From Eubacteriales bacterium (GTDB lineage Bacteria; Bacillota; Clostridia; Oscillospirales; CAG-382), in the NCBI GenBank assembly GCA_045637685.1, contig JAZTZW010000018.1:52004-116003 (forward strand): DNA of 64,000 nucleotides, read 5' to 3'. Each line of letters starts with the position of its first letter. Within the stretch, counting starts at the first letter, position 1. Both the position numbers and the translations under genes were made by a program. The notes beneath the pieces were generated by a model. That model worked only from the letters and a program-made list of their open reading frames with translations. It was not told the DNA's origin and did not search any database. Of this stretch, positions 43,942 to 53,358 are shown piece after piece.

Positions 43942-44813
43942 CGTACGATGAAATAAAGCGCGCGAACGGTTTGATGTTCGAACGCTTGGCGATACTTTTA
44001 AACAACCGCCCCGATTTTGTTACAAAAGAAATGGTAAAGGAGCTTACCGAAAACTACGGTCTTTCGGTAGAGGATTCCTTTTCGCTTCTTATCTGCGCCG
44101 CGCTTGGTATCGATACAGAGCTTGAAGCCGACCGCGAAATGTGGGAAGCCTACGCTCCCTTTATGCTTCATCATTTGGATGAAACGCTTTTCACCGAAGA
44201 CCCCTATTACAAGGCGGTAAGGATAAACAGCGGAAAACGGCTTAACGAATGGGAGCTTCGTACCGATATTCTCGCGCCATATACCGCGTTCGTTTGCGAT
44301 GACCCGCTTACTCTGCCCGACGGCAGAATAATTCCCCAAATCGGCTATTTCGATTGCGAATTCAAGTTTCTTTCGGTCCTGCAAAACGGCAGGGAATGGA
44401 TGACGATGATGCCTAATGAGCTTGTTACCCAGCGCACACCGATAAAAAAGGCGGGCGGAAGGGTATGCACCTACGGTCTCGGCTTGGGCTATTTCGCCTT
44501 TATGTGCGCAAGAAAGAGCGAGGTCGAAAGCGTTACCATTGTCGAGCGCGACGAAAGCGTTATTTCGCTTTTTAAGGAAATGCTTCTTCCTTGCTTCGAA
44601 AATAAAGAGAAAATCGAAATTGTCTGCGCCGATGCCTTTGAATTTGCCGAAAACCAAGCACCCGCGCGCAATTTTGATTATATTTTCGCCGATATTTGGC
44701 ACGACCCGTCCGACGGTGTCGAAGCGTATAAGCGCTTCAAATCGCTCGAGCATCTTTGCCCGAACACGAAATTCGATTATTGGATAGAAAAGACCTTAAA
44801 GCTGTATATGTAA
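43938..44813 (+). CDS. SAM-dependent methyltransferase / spermidine-synthase-like protein
   Basis: The ATG overlaps the MATE stop (ATGA). Motif I-like YGLGLGYF, then VERDESVI and ADIWHDPSDG, reminiscent of aminopropyltransferase folds. Confidence 0.6.
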   Translation: MTYDEIKRANGLMFERLAILLNNRPDFVTKEMVKELTENYGLSVEDSFSLLICAALGIDTELEADREMWEAYAPFMLHHLDETLFTEDPYYKAVRINSGKRLNEWELRTDILAPYTAFVCDDPLTLPDGRIIPQIGYFDCEFKFLSVLQNGREWMTMMPNELVTQRTPIKKAGGRVCTYGLGLGYFAFMCARKSEVESVTIVERDESVISLFKEMLLPCFENKEKIEIVCADAFEFAENQAPARNFDYIFADIWHDPSDGVEAYKRFKSLEHLCPNTKFDYWIEKTLKLYM

Positions 44814-44817
44814 AAAG

Positions 44818-44843
44818 AAAGGACTTCCGAGCGAAGTCCTTTT
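44818..44843. terminator. bidirectional terminator hairpin
   Basis: aaaggacttc-cgagc-gaagtcctttt between convergent genes. Confidence 0.65.
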
Positions 44844-44847
44844 ACTT

Positions 44848-46590
44848 TTACATATTTCTTCTGTTATAAAGTCCTGCGTAAATGCCGTTTGCTTGTAACA
44901 GCTGTTCGTGCGTGCCGCGCTCGGCGATGCCGTCTTGGTTGATAACGAGTATTTCATCGGCGCTTTGAATGGTGGACAAGCGGTGTGCCACGACGATAAC
45001 CGTTCTGCCCTTGGCAAGCTCCTCTAAGGACGCCTGAATCTGCATTTCGGTAACGTTATCGAGCGCGCTGGTTGCCTCGTCGAGAATAAGAATCGGGGGA
45101 TTTTTAAGGAACACGCGCGCTATCGATATTCTTTGCTTTTGCCCGCCCGAAAGATTTATTCCGCGCTCGCCTACTTTAGTATCATAGCCCTTTTCGAGCG
45201 TCATAATATAATCGTGGATATTTGCGCGCTTTGCCGCTTCGATAATTTCTTCCTCGCTCGCATCGAGATTGCCGTAGGCGATATTTTCGCGCACCGTACC
45301 CGAGAAAAGGAAAACGTCCTGCGCGACAATGCCGATATTGCGGCGGAGCGAATAGCGGGTAAGCTCGGTAATATCGTTTCCGTCTATCGTTATTTTGCCG
45401 CTGTCGAGCTCGTAAAAGCGGGGAATAAGGTTGCAAAGCGTGGTTTTACCGCCGCCCGAGGGACCTACCAAGGCAATAGTTTTGCCCGAATCGATTTTAA
45501 GCGAAAGGTTTGTAAGAACGCCCTTGCCCGTATCGCCCGTGGGGTAGGAAAACGAAACGTTTTGGAATTCGATATCGCCGCGTGCGTTTGTAAGCTCTTT
45601 GGCGGTTTCGCTTTCTGCTTCTGTTGGCTGTTCCATAATTTCGCGGAATCGCGAAAAGCCCGTCATACCGTTTTGCAGCTGCTCGAAAAGCGAAATAAAG
45701 CGGTTTATCGGCTTTAAAAGCATAGCCATATAAAGTATAAACGCCGCAAATTCGCCGCTGTCGATAGAAAACGCGCCGCTCGGGTCGGCATAGCCGTTAT
45801 AGAAGAATATACCGCCCGCAACGAGTGCCGCGAGATATAAAAAGTCGGTAAAGAAGGTCATCGCGGAGTGGAACTGCCCCATAGCCTTGTAGGCAAATCC
45901 GCGCGCGGTCTTAAATCGCTCATTTGCTTTGTCGAACTTGTTTATTTCGTGGTTTTCGCTCGTATAAGCGCGCGAAACGCGTATGCCGGAAATAGAGGTT
46001 TCCACGTTTGCATTTACCTCTGCAACCTCCTCGCGCGTGCGGGTGAAGGCGTCCTTCATTCTCTTGCGCATTTTCACCGAGAAAAACACAACAAAGGGAA
46101 TAAGTGCGTATATAATAAGCGTGAGCCAAATATTTATCGTCGAAAGCGCGATAAACGAGCCAATGAACATTATTATCGAAAGGAACAAATCCTCGGGTCC
46201 GTGGTGCGCAAGCTCGGAAACGTCCATAAGGTCGTTAATAAGGCGCGACATTACCGTACCCGTTTTGTTTTCGTCGAAGAAGGAAAAGGGAAGCTTTTGC
46301 AGGTGCGCAAACATATCCTTGCGCATATCGCCCTGCATACGCACGCCGACAACGTGCCCCCAATAGGAAACAAAATAGTTAAGCCCCATTTTCGCAAGAT
46401 ACAAAACAAGAATTATTCCCGCCCAAGTAAGCACAAGGCGCAAATTTCGGTTGGGTACGTAATCGTTAATTATGTTTTTGGTAATAATCGGATAAAAAAG
46501 GTCTGTTAATGCGATAAGGAACGAGCAGAACATATCGAACATAAACAGCTTTTTGTGCGGCTTGTAATACTTTATAAATTGGCGTATCAT
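44848..46590 (-). CDS. ABC transporter ATP-binding/permease fusion (exporter type)
   Basis: N-terminal six-helix TMD. Walker A GPSGGGKTT, signature LSGGQKQR, Walker B ILILDEATS. Start set to the ATG at 46590 (MIRQFIKYYK...). Confidence 0.9.
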   Translation of the reverse strand: MIRQFIKYYKPHKKLFMFDMFCSFLIALTDLFYPIITKNIINDYVPNRNLRLVLTWAGIILVLYLAKMGLNYFVSYWGHVVGVRMQGDMRKDMFAHLQKLPFSFFDENKTGTVMSRLINDLMDVSELAHHGPEDLFLSIIMFIGSFIALSTINIWLTLIIYALIPFVVFFSVKMRKRMKDAFTRTREEVAEVNANVETSISGIRVSRAYTSENHEINKFDKANERFKTARGFAYKAMGQFHSAMTFFTDFLYLAALVAGGIFFYNGYADPSGAFSIDSGEFAAFILYMAMLLKPINRFISLFEQLQNGMTGFSRFREIMEQPTEAESETAKELTNARGDIEFQNVSFSYPTGDTGKGVLTNLSLKIDSGKTIALVGPSGGGKTTLCNLIPRFYELDSGKITIDGNDITELTRYSLRRNIGIVAQDVFLFSGTVRENIAYGNLDASEEEIIEAAKRANIHDYIMTLEKGYDTKVGERGINLSGGQKQRISIARVFLKNPPILILDEATSALDNVTEMQIQASLEELAKGRTVIVVAHRLSTIQSADEILVINQDGIAERGTHEQLLQANGIYAGLYNRRNM

Positions 46591-46666
46591 TGTTCCCTCA
46601 CGGTGTTTTAATAACGGTATTATACACTCCGTATATACAAAAGTCAAGAAACGTTAAATGTAAAAA

Positions 46667-46701
46667 GAAAAGCGTATGAAATTTCGGTTTCATACGCTTT
46701 T
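46667..46701 (-). terminator. rho-independent terminator after the 286-aa gene
   Basis: aagcgtatgaaa/tttcatacgctt stem with a T-run on the minus strand. Confidence 0.6.
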
Positions 46702-46756
46702 TAATAAAATTGGTTACGTTTGGTTTCTTCCTGTGTTTTCGTTGGTTGAGGTTTAT

Positions 46757-47617
46757 TTATTCTTCGGCTTCGGCTGTAAGTCCGGTTATATTTTCGATCA
46801 CGCGTAATTCATAGCAGGGGAAGTAAATGCCCCAAGCCACGCCGTTGCGGTCGAGCTCGAGAATATGATAGGTTTTCATAAATATGCTTCCGAACTGGTT
46901 TACCGTCATTTTATATTGCTTGTATTCGCCCTCGTTATACGGGGTATCTTTTGTCCATACGGGAATAGAAATGCGTTTCTTTACAGTATGTATTTTGCGA
47001 AGCGAGTCTAACGGAAATGCGAATTTGCTGTCGCGGTCGGCGAGTATAAGGTTTTCGCCTTCGATAAAAACGCGGGTAGCATAGTTAATGTGTGAGGTTA
47101 AATCGGTTGCTCTTTCTTTATGTACCGCCTCGCCGTCTTTTATTTTGTAGCAGAAGGAAAGAATATCCACGTATGGCGCATCGGCAGGAACGTTGAATCT
47201 TTCGTAAATATCGCCTGCGGCGGCGGTAAGCGCGGTTTGGGCATTTTCGGTTTCGGAACTTTCGTAAACGGTTTTTTGCTTTTTCTTCGAAATCGTGCCC
47301 AAAACGACCCAACCCAAAAGACCTATTACCGCGCACCAAACTATCCAAGGCGCGTTGTTGTATCGCTCCGCGTCGATAAATCCGCGCAATACTGCAAAAC
47401 CGCAAAGCAAGCCCATAAGCTCGCAAATAAGCTTAAGTATAGTCAGCGCCCAAGGCAACTGCGCCTTTTTTTCCAAGTCTGTTGCGTTTTCAAGCGCTTC
47501 GTCCAATAAGGCGGTTTCTGCAAGCGTGGCTCTGTCGACAATAAAAATATCGCCGTCGTAATTTGTGTTTTTCTTGTTGTGCGTAATGTCAACACCCAAA
47601 AAAGGTTTAAGTTTCAT
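46757..47617 (-). CDS. hypothetical membrane protein (286 aa)
   Basis: Two central hydrophobic helices and soluble N- and C-terminal regions. Lies 2 nt downstream of the DUF805 gene. Confidence 0.65.
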   Translation of the reverse strand: MKLKPFLGVDITHNKKNTNYDGDIFIVDRATLAETALLDEALENATDLEKKAQLPWALTILKLICELMGLLCGFAVLRGFIDAERYNNAPWIVWCAVIGLLGWVVLGTISKKKQKTVYESSETENAQTALTAAAGDIYERFNVPADAPYVDILSFCYKIKDGEAVHKERATDLTSHINYATRVFIEGENLILADRDSKFAFPLDSLRKIHTVKKRISIPVWTKDTPYNEGEYKQYKMTVNQFGSIFMKTYHILELDRNGVAWGIYFPCYELRVIENITGLTAEAEE

Positions 47618-47619
47618 TG

Positions 47620-48117
47620 TTATTCTCCTCTGAAATCGGGGTATTCGCCGTAGTTGGTCGCGTCGTCCTGTGAAAACTGAACGTCCTTGGGGTCGGGGCC
47701 GAATTTATTTCTGCCGACTGTGCCGGGCAATACCATCCAAACGAAAAATATAATCGAACAAGCGCTCGAAACAATCGAGTTCAAAATACCGCCTATACCG
47801 ATAACCGAAAGGATGCCCGAAACAACCGCGGGGAGAAATTGGATAAACAAGTGAAAAAAGCCCCTGCCGGTATCGTGTAATCTTCTTATCGTAATCGCAA
47901 GCGTGGGCATAAATTGCAGCACCGAGTAGGCAACCGTGGCGATCCACGAAAAGATCGCAAGCGTAGTAAATCCAAGCGTGCTTAAAAGTATCGAAAGCGA
48001 ATATGCTATTGCCAATACGAGATAGTTGCAAGCCCAATACAACCAATAATCTCTTCTTCTTGTGCGCCCGTCCCAGCGCTTCCATTTCTTTAAACCGTCA
48101 ATATAGGCTTTAATCAT
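47620..48117 (-). CDS. DUF805 family membrane protein
   Basis: RRRDYW and RRLHDTGR motifs typical of DUF805. Start set to the ATG at 48117. Confidence 0.8.
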   Translation of the reverse strand: MIKAYIDGLKKWKRWDGRTRRRDYWLYWACNYLVLAIAYSLSILLSTLGFTTLAIFSWIATVAYSVLQFMPTLAITIRRLHDTGRGFFHLFIQFLPAVVSGILSVIGIGGILNSIVSSACSIIFFVWMVLPGTVGRNKFGPDPKDVQFSQDDATNYGEYPDFRGE

Positions 48118-48225
48118 AATAAATACGTCCCCTTTCGAGTTTGTTACCTGATTATACCACGCAATCAAGTGATTGTCAATAGGTTTAGTCTATTTTGTTA
48201 AAAATTTTTATTTTTATACACGTAC

Positions 48226-48254
48226 TTGACAAAAGGGGAAAATGATTATATTAT
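48226..48254 (+). promoter_or_regulatory. sigma-70-type promoter of the oxidoreductase gene
   Basis: TTGACA-17nt-TATTAT. Implies a ~90-nt leader. Confidence 0.5.
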
Positions 48255-48351
48255 CAAAATAAAGCTATATACGGCTAAACAGAAAGGAATCGCAACCGAG
48301 CCTTCGGCGGATATTTCGGCATTTGTCGGGCTCTGTGCGGACAGAAAAACA

Positions 48352-49413
48352 ATGGAAAAGTTAAGAATTGCAATTATCGGTACCGGCGGTATCAGCTACA
48401 ACCATACAAACGGCTACAAGGCAATACCCGACAAGTGCGAAGTAGTTGCTGTCTGCGACCTTGATGAAAACAAGGCGAAGAATTATGCGGAGCATTACGG
48501 CGTGCCTGCATATTATACCGATTTTAACGAAATGTTTGCAAAGGAAAAGATAGACGCAGTTTCGGTTTGCACTTGGAACTCCTCGCACAAGCCCGCAACT
48601 ATTGCGGCATTAAACGCGGGCTGTCACGTGCTTTGCGAAAAGCCTATGGCGATGAACACCGCAGAAGCGGAAGAAATGCTTGAATGCGCGAAAAAGAACG
48701 GCAAGCTTTTAATGGTCGGATTTGTTCGCCGCTTTGGCAACGATGCAGACCTTATTCGTAAATTCCTCGACGGCGGCACCTTGGGCGACCTTTACTATGC
48801 AAAGGCAAGCTACCTTCGCCGCAACGGATGCCCCGGCGGCTGGTTTGGCGATAAGGAATATTCGGGCGGCGGTCCTCTTATCGACCTCGGTGTTCACGTT
48901 ATCGACCTTGTTCGCTTCCTTGCGGGCAACCCCAAGCCTGTTTCGGCTTACGGCGTAACCTATAACAACCTCGACCCCAACCGTGCAGGCGGCGGTCAGA
49001 GCTGGGTTTCCACCACCGCGGGATATGATTTTAAATATAACGTAGAGGATATGGCTGCGGCTATGGTCCGCTTCGATAACGGTCTTACCCTTTCGGTCGA
49101 AGCTTCGTTTAAGCTTAACCTTAAAAACGACCGCGGCGAAATCGAGCTTTTCGGCACAAAAGCAGGCGCCAAGATAAGCCCGCAGGTAGAATACTTCGGC
49201 GATATGAACGGCACTTTTGTCGACATTAAGCCCTTTGGCGATACCTCGCTCAACTTCGACGGACTTTTCGCGCGTGAAATCAACCACTTTGTCGATTCCT
49301 GCCTCGGCAACTGCGAATGCATCGCTCCCGCAGAGGACGGCGTTGTTCTTATGCAGATACTCGACGCAATTTACGAATCGGCAAAAACCGGCCACGAGGT
49401 TATTATTAAATAA
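48352..49413 (+). CDS. Gfo/Idh/MocA family oxidoreductase
   Basis: N-terminal Rossmann LRIAIIGTGGIS and the EKP motif (LCEKPMA). Start set to the ATG at 48352. Confidence 0.85.
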   Translation: MEKLRIAIIGTGGISYNHTNGYKAIPDKCEVVAVCDLDENKAKNYAEHYGVPAYYTDFNEMFAKEKIDAVSVCTWNSSHKPATIAALNAGCHVLCEKPMAMNTAEAEEMLECAKKNGKLLMVGFVRRFGNDADLIRKFLDGGTLGDLYYAKASYLRRNGCPGGWFGDKEYSGGGPLIDLGVHVIDLVRFLAGNPKPVSAYGVTYNNLDPNRAGGGQSWVSTTAGYDFKYNVEDMAAAMVRFDNGLTLSVEASFKLNLKNDRGEIELFGTKAGAKISPQVEYFGDMNGTFVDIKPFGDTSLNFDGLFAREINHFVDSCLGNCECIAPAEDGVVLMQILDAIYESAKTGHEVIIK

Positions 49414-49417
49414 AAAA

Positions 49418-49450
49418 AGAACGGGACGGCGTTAGTCGTCCCTGTTTTTT
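49418..49450 (+). terminator. rho-independent terminator
   Basis: gggacg/cgtccc stem followed by TGTTTTTTC. Confidence 0.55.
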
Positions 49451-49513
49451 CTTGGAAAATGTCCACTTTATAATCATTCGTCTGTTATATTATTTAGAAA
49501 GGGGTGAAAAGCA

Positions 49514-50047
49514 TTGCTTATTTATATGGCGCTTGCCGATAAAGCGGACGACCGCGAAAAATTGGGGCGTATTTACGAAAAGCATAAAAACAAAATGTAT
49601 TCTGCGGCGTTTTCGATACTCGGCGACAGCTATCTTGCCGAGGATGCGGTGCACGAGGCGTTCGTTGCCATAGCAAGAAATATCGGCAAGTTAGGTGATG
49701 CAGATTCACCCGAAACGGCGGCTTACGCTTTGCGCGCGGCGAAAACGAGGGCGTTGAACATTCTGAAAAAGAACAGAAAAGAAATATTTATCGAAGAGGA
49801 TATGGATATTCCCTTCGAGGAGAGCGAGTTTGAACGCATTATTTCGGAAAGCGATATTTCGAAAATTGCCGACTGTATAAACAAGCTTCCCGAGAAATAC
49901 CGCACGGTTATCGTTTTGCGATACTTGGACGATATGAAGCCGAAGCGCATCGCCGATCTTTTGGGTTTAAACGGTGAAACCGTGAAAAAGCGTTTGTTAC
50001 GCGCAAGGGCGATGCTTAAAAATATGTTGAAGGAGGGCAGTAAATGA
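49514..50047 (+). CDS. sigma-70 family (ECF-like) RNA polymerase sigma factor
   Basis: TTG start 8 nt after AAAGGGGTG (alternative ATG at 49526). Region 2 (AEDAVHEAF) and a region 4 HTH (KPKRIADLLGLNGETVKKRLLRAR). Confidence 0.85.
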   Translation: MLIYMALADKADDREKLGRIYEKHKNKMYSAAFSILGDSYLAEDAVHEAFVAIARNIGKLGDADSPETAAYALRAAKTRALNILKKNRKEIFIEEDMDIPFEESEFERIISESDISKIADCINKLPEKYRTVIVLRYLDDMKPKRIADLLGLNGETVKKRLLRARAMLKNMLKEGSK

Positions 50048-50682
50048 GGATAGACGAAAAATTAAAGCAAGCCGCGCTGAAGGCAGAGCTCGATTTGCTT
50101 GAAGCCGCAGAAGAGCGTGAGTGGGATTCGACTCCCGAATTCGCAAGAAAAATCGATTTACTGCTCGGCAGAAGGCGTATTTCGAAAAAAAGGCGTATTT
50201 TGCTTATCGCGGCGGCGGTCTTGCTTATTGCCGTGTTCGTTGCTTCGCTTCCGTTTTTGCGAAAAAGCCCCGAACAGCATAATATAAGTCAAACCGAAAG
50301 TGTTGACGAAAGCGTTATTTCGGGCGTCGACGTTCCTGTAAAGCCCGAATATATCCCCGAGGGCTATTATATGAACAGTTGTACCGTTTGGGCGGACGGA
50401 AGCCTGCAGATAGAATATATGAACGGCGAAAATAAGATATTCTTTCAGAGCTATCCTGCAAACGAGGTAGACCTTTCGGCTTTCGAAGAGGTGATAAGCA
50501 GTGTCGATATTAACGGGAACGCGGGCTTTGCGGCAAATAACTTTAACGGGCTTGCAAACAACAATATCGCTTGGTCGGAGGGCGGTTATTCCTATATAAT
50601 AACCAATTCACAAGGGGTAGAGCTGGAGGAACTGGTCCGTATCGCGTTAAGTGTAAACACCGAAGGCGAGGAAAGTAAATGA
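50044..50682 (+). CDS. membrane-anchored DUF4367-like protein, putative anti-sigma partner
   Basis: The ATG overlaps the sigma stop (ATGA). Cytoplasmic N-terminus, a TM helix (ILLIAAAVLLIAVFVASLPF), and an ectodomain with a PEGY...IEY...W..GGYSY pattern. Confidence 0.65.
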   Translation: MRIDEKLKQAALKAELDLLEAAEEREWDSTPEFARKIDLLLGRRRISKKRRILLIAAAVLLIAVFVASLPFLRKSPEQHNISQTESVDESVISGVDVPVKPEYIPEGYYMNSCTVWADGSLQIEYMNGENKIFFQSYPANEVDLSAFEEVISSVDINGNAGFAANNFNGLANNNIAWSEGGYSYIITNSQGVELEELVRIALSVNTEGEESK

Positions 50683-50742
50683 CTGTTATTAAGCTTTTTT
50701 CAACATAAGAACACTTTTGAAAAAGCACGAAAAAAGCGGCGG

Positions 50743-51420
50743 TTAAACCGTCGCTTTTTTTCTTTTATCATAAACCTTTTCGGCAACAAAGACGATAAAG
50801 AACACCAAAACGCCAACGCCAAATCCTGCGAAAACGTCTAAAATGCTGTGTTGCTTAATGAATACCGTTGCGAGCGAAACAAGGACCGCAAAAACACCGA
50901 AAAGCGCCTTATATATCGGTTTTTTGAGCATAATTTTGCTTTGCAGTATTACAAAAAACATTGCCCACGCGACAGATACGTGCATCGAAGGCATACAGTT
51001 TCTGGGCGGTGAATCGGCGGCATAGACGAGCTGAACGCCCCAGGTAAGAATGTTTTCGCGGCCGAGCGTTGCAAAATCGGGGCGAAGTGCCGTATCGATA
51101 CCGTTCGGAACAATCGTACAGAATATCATCGGCAGTATCATACAGCCGTCAACCAAAAGATTCGCACGCCAAAATTCGCGCTTATCCTTAAAAAGCGGAT
51201 AAACAATAACGTATGCTATACAGAAATACCAAATAACGTATGGAATTAAAAACCATTCGCAAAATGGGATTTTGTGGTCGAGCGCACTTTCGACGATAAG
51301 CACGCTTTCGTCGGAGGGGTAAGCGATACGCAGTATTTCGTACCAGAGCGAATGAAACGGCCAATACAACAAAATAAGACAGTATTTGCGTTCCTTTATA
51401 AAATCTATTATCTTTTTCAT
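50743..51420 (-). CDS. PAP2-superfamily membrane protein
   Basis: Six hydrophobic helices, with PSMHVSVAW and HSILD motifs resembling the PAP2 C2/C3 motifs. Confidence 0.65.
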   Translation of the reverse strand: MKKIIDFIKERKYCLILLYWPFHSLWYEILRIAYPSDESVLIVESALDHKIPFCEWFLIPYVIWYFCIAYVIVYPLFKDKREFWRANLLVDGCMILPMIFCTIVPNGIDTALRPDFATLGRENILTWGVQLVYAADSPPRNCMPSMHVSVAWAMFFVILQSKIMLKKPIYKALFGVFAVLVSLATVFIKQHSILDVFAGFGVGVLVFFIVFVAEKVYDKRKKATV

Positions 51421-51556
51421 TTTCTTTCTCCGAGGGTTTTTTATATTATAACACCCGAAAAATATTATTTCAAGAGAAAATCTTTACGAAATCTTTACGC
51501 TTTTCTTTACCGTTTTCTTTACGTTTTGATGCTATTGTTAGTATAGAGGTGATTTT

Positions 51557-52711
51557 ATGGAAAAGCGCGAGGAAAAAAGAAAAAGAAAAGCCGACCTTGC
51601 ACGGGTACGCACAGACAGCGCACGCGATATGCGCGCGGTCAAGCATTTCGAGCACCCGTATATGCTGGAGGGGTGTCCGATACAGCCGATAGAGAGCTAT
51701 ATACTTGCCGACCGCGACAGCTGGGGGATATACGCCGAGCTGAAGTTTAAAAATCTTTCGGAGCAGCCGCTTAAACGGCTTTGTGTGCGGCTTGATTTTT
51801 ATTATTATCAAAATATCCCCTATACCTCGATTTTTTTCGAATACTGCGAACGCGATTTAACGTTCGGTAAAATATATGTGGGAAGCGAGCCGATAAAGGC
51901 GAGCGAGGCGTTGAAGCGAAATTCGGTGCTTTGCGGCGAAATTTTCGGCGAGGGGGTATATATCCCTCTGCCCGAAAGCAGCTATAACAATATTGCGTTT
52001 TATATTACCGAAATCGAGCTTGAAAACGGCGAAATCGTACTGCGCGATATTCCTTTAAGCGGCAGGGGGAAAATTTTTTCCGAGCTCGACGAGGTTACAA
52101 GGCGCATATTACGCCGAGAAAAAAGCTTTGCCCGTTCCGAATCGGTGTTTCCGACCAAAAATCTGCCGGTATTTTCGAATTCGGGCTGGCTTTGCTGTTG
52201 CGGATATAAAAACCTGCGGGATAGCGAGGTATGCGAAAAATGCCTGCGCCCGCGCGAGCTTCAAAAGGAGCTTATAAGCGAAAGCGCGATTATCGAGCGC
52301 AAAAAAGAGCTTGCAAACACCCCAACGGCTATACATTATCACGACAAATCGCGATTTGCGCAAAATAAATTCCTGCAAAACCAAGCCGATAAAGAGCGCA
52401 GGGAAGCGGAGATAAAGCGCTCGAAGGAAAATCTCTTGCGGCAGGAGGAGGAAAAGCGGCGAAAATATTCGCATTGGTTAAAGCGAGGCTTAATATTTTG
52501 CATTGTTGCCTATATGCTTACCGTCGGCGCGGTGTTGCTTGCTATGTTCAGGGACGGAGGCAGGGATACGCAAAGCACGGGGTATATGTTCAAGCGCATT
52601 TTTGAAGGAGATACATCGCTTTTCGAGTTTTTCGGCTTCGAAAAGGAAGAAGAAGGACCCAATTCGATATTTGACGTGTGGGATATATTCGATTCGTTTG
52701 ACTACGATTGA
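51557..52711 (+). CDS. hypothetical protein with zinc-ribbon-like CCCG...CEKC motif, coiled-coil segment and C-terminal TM helix
   Basis: 384-aa ORF with WLCCCGYKNLRDSEVCEKC, a basic/acidic heptad-like region (KERREAEIKRSKENLLRQEEEKRRK) and the TM helix LIFCIVAYMLTVGAVLLAMF. Confidence 0.6.
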   Translation: MEKREEKRKRKADLARVRTDSARDMRAVKHFEHPYMLEGCPIQPIESYILADRDSWGIYAELKFKNLSEQPLKRLCVRLDFYYYQNIPYTSIFFEYCERDLTFGKIYVGSEPIKASEALKRNSVLCGEIFGEGVYIPLPESSYNNIAFYITEIELENGEIVLRDIPLSGRGKIFSELDEVTRRILRREKSFARSESVFPTKNLPVFSNSGWLCCCGYKNLRDSEVCEKCLRPRELQKELISESAIIERKKELANTPTAIHYHDKSRFAQNKFLQNQADKERREAEIKRSKENLLRQEEEKRRKYSHWLKRGLIFCIVAYMLTVGAVLLAMFRDGGRDTQSTGYMFKRIFEGDTSLFEFFGFEKEEEGPNSIFDVWDIFDSFDYD

Positions 52712-52736
52712 TTTTTCGGGCTCCTTACAAAACGCA

Positions 52737-52768
52737 AAAGACGAGAGTGTAAAATCTCTCGTCTTTTG
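52737..52768. terminator. bidirectional terminator hairpin
   Basis: aaaagacgagag-tgtaaaat-ctctcgtctttt between convergent genes. Confidence 0.65.
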
Positions 52769-52784
52769 TTTATAAGCCGTTTAA

Positions 52785-53324
52785 TTAAAACTTGTCTACT
52801 TTCTTCTGGAAGTAAGACTTCGGGTGCTGGCAAACGGGGCACATTTCGGGAGCCTTTTTGCCTACGTGGATATGACCGCAGTTGGTGCAGATCCAAACCT
52901 GAACCTCTTCGGAAACGAAAATGGTTTCGGTGTTGAGCTTTTCGAGAAGTGCGCGGTATCTTTCCTCGTGTTCCTTTTCGATTTTGCCTACCGCTTCGAA
53001 GAGGTAAGCGATTCTGTCAAAGCCTTCTTCCTTAGCGGTCTTTGCAAAGCCTGCATACATATCGGTCCATTCGTAGTTTTCGCCTTCAGCCGCGTCGAGA
53101 AGGTTGGTTGCGGTGTCGGGCACCTTGTCGCCGTGAAGGATCTTGAACCAAAGCTTTGCGTGTTCCTTTTCGTTGCCTGCGGTTTCTTCAAAAATATCGG
53201 CGATAACGGTGTAGCCTGCTTTTCTTGCTTCGCTTGCATAGTAGGTGTACTTGTTGCGCGCCTGCGATTCGCCTGCGAATGCTGTCATAAGATTCTGTTC
53301 TGTCTTGCTGCCTTTGAGTTCCAT
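52785..53324 (-). CDS. rbr: rubrerythrin
   Basis: Ferritin-like diiron ExxH motifs ([16 protein letters not shown]) and a C-terminal rubredoxin-like CTNCG...CPVC. Confidence 0.92.
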   Translation of the reverse strand: MELKGSKTEQNLMTAFAGESQARNKYTYYASEARKAGYTVIADIFEETAGNEKEHAKLWFKILHGDKVPDTATNLLDAAEGENYEWTDMYAGFAKTAKEEGFDRIAYLFEAVGKIEKEHEERYRALLEKLNTETIFVSEEVQVWICTNCGHIHVGKKAPEMCPVCQHPKSYFQKKVDKF

Positions 53325-53358
53325 AATTGTTCTCCTTTTTAATTTGAGATTTATTTTT

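Noticed and set aside
44808-46670. 13-nt direct repeat ATGTAAAAAGAAA (44808-44820 and 46658-46670) flanking the ABC exporter gene, considered as a target-site duplication.
   Set aside because: The sequence is A-rich and low-complexity, and in both places it forms the A-tract of a terminator. No mobile-element gene or inverted repeats lie between the copies. It is most likely coincidence or convergent terminator architecture.
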